Below the pieces are notes generated by a model that made no database searches, was not told the DNA's origin, and saw only the letters and a list, made by a program, of their open reading frames with translations. This document shows positions 57,061 to 64,000 of a stretch of 64,000 nt of DNA, piece by piece (the stretch's first letter is position 1; each line of letters opens with the position of its first letter). This stretch comes from a bacterium (GTDB taxonomy: Bacteria; Patescibacteriota; Patescibacteriia; 2-01-FULL-39-33), in assembly GCA_029558735.1 (NCBI GenBank), contig JAKQDP010000047.1:209-64208 (forward strand). Direction: 5' to 3'. A program made the position numbers and the translations under genes.

Positions 57061-58563
57061 TCACACCTCCTCCACTTTAATTAGATTAGTTTGGCCCTTA
57101 AAGCCAAAGGGATGACCGGCCACTACGATCACTGTGTCGCCCTTAACTGCCAACTTCTTATCCAATAATAATTTTTTTATTTTCGCCAACAATGAATTAA
57201 AGGAGGCGGTAAATTTGATCAGGTGAGCTTCCACGCCCCAACTCAAACTGAGCTGATTGACAGTCATCATGGCCGGAGCAATGGCGATAATCGGCACCTC
57301 CGAACGAAAACGAGAAATATTTCTGGCAGTAAACCCCGAGGTGGTCGCGCAGACAATCAGCTTAGCATGAGCGACATCCTCGGCCAAGTCTTGGGCGACA
57401 AAACTCATTATTTGAGTAATGGAACTTAAATTCTTAAATTCGCCCTCTTTGACTTCTTGTTCATCGATTAAGCGACCCTCTACTTCCCGAGCAATCCGAC
57501 TCATTACCCGGACCGCCTTGAGCGGATATTTGCCGGTGGCAGTTTCCCCGGAAAGCATAATCGCGTCAGTGCCATCCAAAATAGCATTGGCCACATCCGA
57601 TACCTCGGCCCGAGTCGGGAGCGGATTCCTAATCATCGAATCCAGCATTTGGGTGGCGACAATCACTTGTTTGCCGGCTTTGCGGCACTTATCAATAATA
57701 TTTTTCTGAATTAGCGGCAAATCCTCAAACGGCACCTCAATGCCCAAATCGCCGCGCGCGACCATAATGCCATCAGCCGCTTCCAAAATTGAGTCAATAT
57801 TTTTGACCGCTTCCCGCCGTTCAATCTTGGCGATAATGCGCGTGTGGATACCGCCGATCTTGCCCTTGGCCGCCGGCTTCTCCAACTTAAAACCATAACT
57901 GGCGCTGTTTTTCCAATATTTTTTTTCCAAAGCAAAAATCCGCCGCCGCAATTTGATAACGTCTTCCGCCGCCTTAACAAATGACAAAGCCACAAAATCC
58001 ACCTTATTTTTAATACCAAATTCCAAATCTTGCCAATCTTTAGCGGTAATCGGCGGACACTTGATGGTTGATTGGGGAAAATTCATTCCCTTATGCGTTT
58101 TAATGACCCCGCCAGTGACCACCCGGCAACAGATCGCCCGATTCTTGATTCGCTCTATTTTCAATTCAATGACAGCATCATCAATCAATATTGACTGACC
58201 GACTTTGACCTCTTTGTACAAATTCGGATATTGAATGGGGATATACAAACTCAGCGCCTTGATTGGCACCACATAATTTTCCGGCACCAAAAACAGCTCC
58301 GCCCCTTTTTCTACAGTAATCCCCTCCGGCGCCACATCGCCGATGCGAATCCGCGGTCCCTGCAAGTCTTGCAAAACTGCAATGCTCCGATTACCTTTTT
58401 TAGCCACGGCCCGCAAGTTGTTGATGAGCAATTGATGGTGGTCATAACTGCCATGGGAAAAATTAAGCCGGGCCACATTCATTCCCGCGGTAATCATTTT
58501 TTCCATCATGGTTTTGGTTTCCGATACCGGACCAATCGTCGCGACAATTTTTGTCTTTTTCAT
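57061..58563 (-). CDS. pyk: Pyruvate kinase
   Basis: MKKTKIVATIGPVSE…NVARLNFSHG…; 500 aa. Confidence 0.92.
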   Translation of the reverse strand: MKKTKIVATIGPVSETKTMMEKMITAGMNVARLNFSHGSYDHHQLLINNLRAVAKKGNRSIAVLQDLQGPRIRIGDVAPEGITVEKGAELFLVPENYVVPIKALSLYIPIQYPNLYKEVKVGQSILIDDAVIELKIERIKNRAICCRVVTGGVIKTHKGMNFPQSTIKCPPITAKDWQDLEFGIKNKVDFVALSFVKAAEDVIKLRRRIFALEKKYWKNSASYGFKLEKPAAKGKIGGIHTRIIAKIERREAVKNIDSILEAADGIMVARGDLGIEVPFEDLPLIQKNIIDKCRKAGKQVIVATQMLDSMIRNPLPTRAEVSDVANAILDGTDAIMLSGETATGKYPLKAVRVMSRIAREVEGRLIDEQEVKEGEFKNLSSITQIMSFVAQDLAEDVAHAKLIVCATTSGFTARNISRFRSEVPIIAIAPAMMTVNQLSLSWGVEAHLIKFTASFNSLLAKIKKLLLDKKLAVKGDTVIVVAGHPFGFKGQTNLIKVEEV

Positions 58564-58584
58564 TAAATTTGTTTATGGGCTTAA

Positions 58585-58908
58585 TTACAACTTGATTGTT
58601 TTGGCCACCCAATTGCCAAAGGTCTTAGCCGTCTCCGCCAAAAGCGGCAGCTCCCATTTCTCGCCTTGCAATGATTTGATAATACCGGCAATGCAAGCAA
58701 CGGCGATTAAAAGATTTACAAACCAACCAACCAGCGGAATGAAAATAAACGGGATGGAAAGCGCAAACAGCAATAAGCCCTGATTGGCATGAAAGCGGAC
58801 AAAATTATTATTTTTCCGCGCCGCCAAAACGACCAGGCTCAACACCCATAAATAGCTGCTCGCTCCCCAAATTTTTTCTTCGACCGAAGGTTTTTTTGTC
58901 TCCGCCAT
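58585..58908 (-). CDS. Small membrane protein (DUF4870-like)
   Basis: 107 aa, two or three TM helices (…WGASSYLWVLSLVVLAARKNNNFVRFHANQGLLLF…). Confidence 0.55.
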   Translation of the reverse strand: MAETKKPSVEEKIWGASSYLWVLSLVVLAARKNNNFVRFHANQGLLLFALSIPFIFIPLVGWFVNLLIAVACIAGIIKSLQGEKWELPLLAETAKTFGNWVAKTIKL

Positions 58909-59045
58909 AAAATTTTAAGTTATTTTTATTTTTTAAAACTCAAAATATTTTTTATCACTAGAGTCTTCATACCTGCCCTCCTCATGAAAGAGCCCTCTCT
59001 ATTTTCCCCCTCCTTTAGAAGGAGGGGGGTAGGGGGAGGTTATCC

Positions 59046-59567
59046 TCACCGCTTAAAACTCAAAATATAAACCGTCAAAATCGCCACCAACGAACCAACC
59101 ACTGCCACCAGTATTGTCTCGGCAATCAAATTAAAAAATTTCCAGACCGCCACTCCCTCAAAAAACCGATAAACGGCAATTATTAATCCGGCGGCAAAGC
59201 CGGCCAAAAAACCGGCCATCGCTCCGACAGCCGCGCTGGGGCCGAATTTTCTCACCAATCTGACGCCCAACCAGAAAAAAATCGCCAACCGAAGAAGCCA
59301 GGCCACCAGCTCTTTTTGTTCAAAAAATAAACTATTGGGATAATTGATAATCAACGCCCGAAAACCGATTTCCAACACCGCTATTAATAAAACATACCTC
59401 TTGATAAATTTGAAATAAATCGTAAAATCAATCGGCTCCCAGGTTTTGGCTGTTTTGTAATCTTCCATAAATATATTATACCATAGAAACCCAAAATTAA
59501 AAAAATCAATCAGTCTCAAAGCTCCAAAGTTAACAGCCAAATTTTCTCCTGACCGACTGGCGACCAA
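59046..59567 (-). CDS. Hypothetical membrane protein
   Basis: ORF track; four predicted TM helices. The start is uncertain. Confidence 0.5.
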   Translation of the reverse strand: MVASRSGENLAVNFGALRLIDFFNFGFLWYNIFMEDYKTAKTWEPIDFTIYFKFIKRYVLLIAVLEIGFRALIINYPNSLFFEQKELVAWLLRLAIFFWLGVRLVRKFGPSAAVGAMAGFLAGFAAGLIIAVYRFFEGVAVWKFFNLIAETILVAVVGSLVAILTVYILSFKR

Positions 59568-59744
59568 TCGCTAAAACCTCAAGCGCCGCTTTTTTTAGTT
59601 AGTTTGGCAAACAAAAAAACAACCAGCCCGACTGCCCAAAAAACCAGGCCTGTCTCTCTCGCCTATTTTTACTATTAATAGCTATAGAGAGCGCCAACTC
59701 TAATGGCCTTCTTTTCGCTTGATTAAAAACCAGGCCAACCTAAA

Positions 59745-59777
59745 ATCTCCCTCCCGATTACTCGGAAGGGAGGTTTT
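59745..59777 (-). terminator. Terminator of the RRM gene (also A-run/T-run bidirectional)
   Basis: CTCCCTCCCGA-ttac-TCGGAAGGGAG stem flanked by A/T runs. Confidence 0.7.
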
Positions 59778-59790
59778 TAGTTGTCAGATA

Positions 59791-60048
59791 TTATCGGCGT
59801 TCCATAGGACGAGCTTCATTGACCTTCAATGTCCGGCCGTCAAATTCTTTGCCGTCGAACATTTCGATCGCTTTGGCCGCTTCATCGTCCGAAGACATTT
59901 CCACGAAGCCAAAACCTTTGGAGCGTCCAGTCATCTTATCAGTGATAATCGCTGTAGAGACAACTTCGCCGGCTTGAGAGAAATAATCCTTCAAACCGTC
60001 TTCGGTGGAACTATAAGAGATACCACCGACATACAATTTCTTTGCCAT
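59791..60048 (-). CDS. RRM-type RNA-binding protein
   Basis: RNP2 LYVGGI and RNP1 KGFGFVEM. Confidence 0.88.
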   Translation of the reverse strand: MAKKLYVGGISYSSTEDGLKDYFSQAGEVVSTAIITDKMTGRSKGFGFVEMSSDDEAAKAIEMFDGKEFDGRTLKVNEARPMERR

Positions 60049-60293
60049 ACTTTACGTTTTCCTTAAACAAAATAAATTAATACAAGCCGACCTTTCCTCT
60101 TTCCTAGTCCTAACGTTATTTTGTTGAGGAAATAGAAAGCGAAACTTGATGCTGTTAGTATAGCATATTCGGATAAAAGCGTCAATGGCAAAAATCCAAG
60201 CCTATTTATCAAGCGCCGACCGGCCAACACCTAAAATCGCCAAAACAAAAACCCCTCCGGTGTTAGCCGAAGGGGCGTCAAGTAAATATTAAG

Positions 60294-60731
60294 TTAAGGC
60301 GTCGGCGTGGTCTGGCCCATCAGCGCTTCAAAGACAAATTTTATCAAGGCGTAAGAGCTAAAAATAATTACAATGCCAAACACCGCCCAAATCATCATGG
60401 TTTTGCCCTTTTGAATCATGCCGGTGTCCCCCCGCGATACCATCCATAATACTCCGCCATAGATAAAGGCAATCAAAGCCAACACGCCGGTCAGTCCCAA
60501 AACTGCTTGGACGACCCGGTTGACTACTTCTTCAAAAGTAACATTTCCACCATCTCTACTAATAGGATTGGGTAATTTGGTGGAGCCCTCAGGATGGGCT
60601 GTGGCGTCTGGAACTTTCTCAGGTAATTCAGCAAATAAATCGGGTGGAGTGGCTAAAGTATTAGCAACACAAAAATTAAATAAAAAAACTAAGGAAAAAA
60701 TTAAAACAAACAAACCACGGTATTTAGTCAT
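60294..60731 (-). CDS. Stand-alone TrbC/VirB2-like pilin-like protein (145 aa)
   Basis: Signal peptide plus AVLGLTGVLALIAFIYGGVLWMVSRGDTGMIQKGKTMMIWAVFGIVIIFSSYALIKFV. This is the same module as the N-termini of the two giant proteins at 1-6843. Confidence 0.7.
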   Translation of the reverse strand: MTKYRGLFVLIFSLVFLFNFCVANTLATPPDLFAELPEKVPDATAHPEGSTKLPNPISRDGGNVTFEEVVNRVVQAVLGLTGVLALIAFIYGGVLWMVSRGDTGMIQKGKTMMIWAVFGIVIIFSSYALIKFVFEALMGQTTPTP

Positions 60732-60786
60732 AAAATAATTTTAATATTTAATTTAATATAATTATACCAAAAATAAAAACGGGCAG

Positions 60787-61881
60787 TCAATTGACTGCCC
60801 GAACATAAACCTGTCCGGCTCGGTCCAAACCGTAGATTGTGACCTGACCGTACTGGTCTACTTTAAATTTTTCCGAACCCCTTACTTGGTGTCCGGAAAA
60901 CGTAAATGGCGCCGTAGCACCATAAAATATTACTGTGCAACCGGGATAAACGATCACCCCGGTTTCTACCCGCTGACCCGGCTCAAAAGAAATGAGCTTG
61001 TCAGCGGGTTGGGTGGTATTTGAGGCCTTTTGCGGTCGCGCCGGAACTATCTTGCCGTCTTGATACTCAACGGCGTCAAGTGGCTCGATGGCCTCGGCCT
61101 CGGCCCAGAGCTCTTCTGAGTCTTTGATACCGGTTAGGGCATCCCAGACTCGAAAAGCCACAAACCCCTGGTCTTGATAGACGACCGGGGGTGTTGAGGA
61201 CAACTTGACCACTTCTTGGTCGGTCAAGCTGAGACCTTTGACAATCTCCGGCGGCTGGGGCTCGCCTTTTTCATCCAAGGTAATCCGATAAACTCTCGGC
61301 ACCTTGGACGTGGCTATTCCCCACGACTTTTTGGTCGTGGTTTTGGCCGCGGCCTGATTATTGGCTCGCGTCGTCCAATTAATAAACGACTGCGAGCGCA
61401 ACCCGGCCGACTGAGCATTCTGCGGCTGTTTGACTTGCCACAGTACCAGGAAAAATCCCAGCACTGCCAGCCCGATGGCGAGGTTTCTGGCCTTACCGCC
61501 ATAAGCGACGGCATAAGCCAGACCAGCGCCGGGTAGCAAGAATAACAGTTCCAGCACTGCGGCCTGGAACTCGCCGGGTTTTACCTTGTCGCCAAAAAAC
61601 GAGGCGACCCCGGCCGTGACAGGCATGCCGAACAACTGTCCGGCCGCCACGCGAAAGGCGATAAATGCGCCAATCGCCACGGCTACTAGCGCCAGCCGCT
61701 TGGCCATTCGCTTCGTGGCACTGTCCTTCTCATACTGTTCGCAGATTATCTCTGCGACAGCTCCGAAAAGGACCAACGCGAACAGAAACCGCATTGGGAA
61801 CGGAAGCAGGATGCGAATAATAATCGCAAACGCCAGCCCCAGTCCCAAACCAATTCCGATTTTTTTCAAAAAAGCACTCAT
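60787..61881 (-). CDS. Hypothetical membrane protein with a C-terminal soluble domain (GC-rich operon)
   Basis: ORF track; four to five TM helices followed by an extracytoplasmic domain of about 200 aa. GC is about 60%. Confidence 0.55.
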   Translation of the reverse strand: MSAFLKKIGIGLGLGLAFAIIIRILLPFPMRFLFALVLFGAVAEIICEQYEKDSATKRMAKRLALVAVAIGAFIAFRVAAGQLFGMPVTAGVASFFGDKVKPGEFQAAVLELLFLLPGAGLAYAVAYGGKARNLAIGLAVLGFFLVLWQVKQPQNAQSAGLRSQSFINWTTRANNQAAAKTTTKKSWGIATSKVPRVYRITLDEKGEPQPPEIVKGLSLTDQEVVKLSSTPPVVYQDQGFVAFRVWDALTGIKDSEELWAEAEAIEPLDAVEYQDGKIVPARPQKASNTTQPADKLISFEPGQRVETGVIVYPGCTVIFYGATAPFTFSGHQVRGSEKFKVDQYGQVTIYGLDRAGQVYVRAVN

Positions 61882-61946
61882 CTATCATCCCTCCAAGTTT
61901 GAGGCGAGTGGGGCAGTAGCATTACCACCCCACTCGCCGGACAATT

Positions 61947-62714
61947 TTACCGGAACATACCTCCAAGACCGGAGGTTAGGTTGGACAAAATATTCCCCCC
62001 CCACTCTCCGATGATATCAGTGAGGAGATCTTTATTAAACGACCAGCCACCCTGTGGCTTGGTCGCAGCCGCGCCTTCAGTCTCAGCTGTGCCAGCCGAG
62101 ACCGCTGCCCGCTTTTGCCGGGCTTTGGCGATCGCCTCCTTCAACTCGTCGAAGAAAGCGACTGGCGTATACGCCAGAGCGGCCAGAATGGACAGGAAGA
62201 AAATCGGCCAGTGCCACCACGACGGATACCACTGTACCGCCTTATCTTCCTCCTTCACTTCCGTGAAGGAGAAGCTGTCTTTCTGGCCATTGCTGACCAG
62301 AATTGCCACTCCCTTCCAGAAGTTGAAGCCTTCTTTGGCCTCATCTGGCACCGCCGCCTTGGCCTCGGCTTTGGCGTTTTTGTAAGTAGCGCTTTCACGC
62401 GCCTCACGCCAAGACGAGACTAAAATCGGCTCGCCAAACCCGGCCAAGATGGCCGAGACCAGCAGGACAATCGTGGTTGCCCAAGCGAGCAACCAACGAA
62501 TGTTGTTGTCCGACAGCGCTTTCAAAGCAAGCACTGCCTTGTCAACAACTGGCCGGTAGTCACGCCTAATAGCGACGACCACGACCGTGACCGCGACGGC
62601 GATGAGCCCGATAATGGACAGCCAATAGACCATCCACCACGAACCAACCCCGCCAAACACGCCCACAAACAGGGTAGCAACAATAAGCAGAAACAAAATA
62701 GAAAGAATAATCAT
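61947..62714 (-). CDS. Hypothetical polytopic membrane protein (GC-rich operon)
   Basis: ORF track; TM-rich, with a Trp-rich motif YPSWWHWPIFF. Confidence 0.55.
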   Translation of the reverse strand: MIILSILFLLIVATLFVGVFGGVGSWWMVYWLSIIGLIAVAVTVVVVAIRRDYRPVVDKAVLALKALSDNNIRWLLAWATTIVLLVSAILAGFGEPILVSSWREARESATYKNAKAEAKAAVPDEAKEGFNFWKGVAILVSNGQKDSFSFTEVKEEDKAVQWYPSWWHWPIFFLSILAALAYTPVAFFDELKEAIAKARQKRAAVSAGTAETEGAAATKPQGGWSFNKDLLTDIIGEWGGNILSNLTSGLGGMFR

Positions 62715-62734
62715 GGTATTTCTCCCTGCGTCGG

Positions 62735-63337
62735 CTACTTGCCGCCGCGGTTGTATTTGAAGCCGGCGGACACATTATCCCAAAATCCCTTCCACCCCTT
62801 TCTTCGACTGCTCACCTTGAATTTAGGCGGCGCCAGGGGTATGGGGTCGGCCGAGGTATCGGCCTGATTCCCACTGGCGCGGCAGAACAGCTGCCGCTTG
62901 GTCCGGCCCATTGCCTCGCTGACCTGAACGGCCAACAGCAACAGGCCCTCACTATTGGTGGCTACCGGCGCCGACCAGTCAACTGGCGCGCCGGTTTGGT
63001 CTGTCACCCTGTCAGTCGGGTGCAGACCCATGAGGACGATATTGGTCTGCTTGGCCTTGCCGTCCTCAGTAAACTGTACGGCCAGGCGATACAACGCCTC
63101 GCCCAAGGGCGAGACATTGACTTCGAGGCCGAACTTTTTCTTCTGTTCGGCCGCCGGCTTCTGTTGTCCGGGCTGTTGGCCCGGAGCCGGCTGCCCGCCT
63201 TGCGGGGCGGGGTTTCCGGCCGGTGCCGGATTGGGCTTTCCACCCGCCGGTTGAGCCGGACGGGCAATTCCACAAGCAAGACAATTCTTTGCCTTGCCGT
63301 GGTTTGTGTTCCCGCAATTACACTTCCAATTAGCCAT
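62735..63337 (-). CDS. Zinc-ribbon (CxC…CxxC) protein with a Pro/Gln/Gly-rich linker and a C-terminal domain of unknown function (GC-rich operon)
   Basis: MANWKCNCGNTNHGKAKNCLACG, then PAQPAGGKPNPAPAGNPAPQGGQPAPGQQPGQQKP, then a globular C-terminus. Confidence 0.6.
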   Translation of the reverse strand: MANWKCNCGNTNHGKAKNCLACGIARPAQPAGGKPNPAPAGNPAPQGGQPAPGQQPGQQKPAAEQKKKFGLEVNVSPLGEALYRLAVQFTEDGKAKQTNIVLMGLHPTDRVTDQTGAPVDWSAPVATNSEGLLLLAVQVSEAMGRTKRQLFCRASGNQADTSADPIPLAPPKFKVSSRRKGWKGFWDNVSAGFKYNRGGK

Positions 63338-63484
63338 TTTATGGCCCTCCTTTCTTATTTGTAAACCCGAATTGTAACGAACATTTCGGGATTTTTTCCC
63401 TCTTTCTACCCTCTTTTATCACACAAAAAAGGGTAAAATTAGAGTAAAATCACCTTTCCATTAGTTTTTTACTTGTAATATATA

Positions 63485-63513
63485 ATTATAGCACGCTTTG
63501 AATATTTTGTCAA
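63485..63513 (-). promoter_or_regulatory. Consensus sigma70 promoter on the minus strand (TTGACA-17-TATAAT) driving the GC-rich operon
   Basis: Minus-strand TTGACA (plus 63508-63513), an exact 17-nt spacer, TATAAT (plus 63485-63490). This is about 140 nt upstream of the ATG at 63337. Confidence 0.7.
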
Positions 63514-63595
63514 TAGAAGTAAAAAAATATCAAAAATAAAAAATTGGCTATAAAAACCAATAAAAAAATATAAATTTGCTGTTTAAATTGTTTTT

Positions 63596-63811
63596 GCCGC
63601 CTTTGGAAATTCAGTGACAAAATCAAGCTTTTTTGAATTTTAGTATCAAAAAACCAGCACTGAAAAATTTGGATTAAGCGAGAGGCAAAGTAGCAATGCG
63701 AACAAATCTGCCGCCTTTGGAAATTCAGTGACAAAATCAAGCTTTTTTGAATTTTAGTATCAAAAAACCAGCACTGAAAAATTTGGATTAAGCGAGAGGC
63801 AAAATGAGTTA
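63596..63811. repeat. Perfect tandem duplication of about 100 bp (two copies separated by a 17-bp spacer)
   Basis: TGCCGCCTTTGGAAATTCAGTGACAAAATCAAGCTTTTTTGAATTTTAGTATCAAAAAACCAGCACTGAAAAATTTGGATTAAGCGAGAGGCAAA occurs twice, identically. Confidence 0.85.
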
Positions 63812-64000
63812 CAAAATTTTTATTGTTTGAGACCGTCCCGAGTACTCGGGACGGGCGAGTTTAAAAATTTTGTTGGAATTTTGCCTGAAGCGCCAAATTT
63901 TTCAAAAGCTGGGAGTTTTGGCGCCACCTTTTACGGCTAAAAGGTGGCAAAAAAATAGTATAAAAACAATATCTTATTAAACAAAATTTACTTCATCTTC

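Noticed and set aside
63596-63811. CRISPR array
   Set aside because: Only two long (~100-bp) identical units with a 17-bp spacer. There are no short repeats or variable spacers anywhere in the window.

Overview
This looks like a low-GC (about 38-45% GC) bacterial chromosome segment with compact housekeeping operons. The gene content and the recurring TrbC/VirB2-like 'pilin' modules fused to giant cysteine-rich secreted proteins make me suspect a small-genome, CPR/Patescibacteria-like organism; that is an inference. All calls are by eye from the sequence and the ORF track, with no searches run.

Housekeeping genes:
- 6.8-9.7 kb (minus strand): GatB/YqeY-domain protein, rpsU, hisS, lepB.
- 9.8-11.3 kb: LCP-family protein.
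- 13.6-20.9 kb: der, pth, dprA, topA, and a short Rel/SpoT homologue.
- 20.9-22.6 kb: parB-parA.
- 22.7-23.0 kb: tRNA cluster (fMet-CAT, CAT, Leu-CAA).
- 23.8-36.6 kb: glycopolymer locus with GT4 and GT2 glycosyltransferases, a B12-radical SAM enzyme, a Wzm/Wzt-like ABC exporter, an M16 peptidase and glyQS.
- 39.0-41.0 kb: smpB followed by tmRNA (ssrA), then infC-rpmI-rplT.
- 54.2-58.6 kb: ppsA, a four-helix-bundle protein, pyk.
- 59.8 kb: an RRM RNA-binding protein.

Accessory content, which is most of the interest:
- 1-6.8 kb: two tandem giant pilin-fused surface proteins. The first runs off the window edge, which is why it is absent from the ORF track.
- 41.5-50.2 kb: an AT-rich (about 27-32% GC) integrative element at tRNA-Asp. 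Its large serine recombinase reads antisense into the tRNA 3' end. It carries an XRE/ImmA-like regulatory pair, a small HTH protein, a BcgI-like type IIB restriction-modification pair, and three uncharacterised cargo genes, one of them HhH-GPD glycosylase-like.
- Two copies of a conserved ~95-nt element with covarying hairpins (23060-23149 and 41381-41477). Each sits between a tRNA gene and a partial tRNA duplicate.
- 50.2-54.2 kb: a GC-rich (about 60% GC) block. It encodes a roadblock/LC7-like protein, a guanylate-kinase-like protein with a degenerate P-loop, and a receiver-domain gene that appears frameshifted. It also has a secreted Cys-rich Gmad2-like protein.
- 60.3-63.5 kb: a second GC-rich (about 60-67% GC) operon driven by a consensus sigma70 promoter. 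It encodes a zinc-ribbon/PQ-rich protein, two membrane proteins and another VirB2-like pilin.
- A perfect ~100-bp tandem duplication at 63.6-63.8 kb.

No CRISPR arrays and no rRNA genes were seen.
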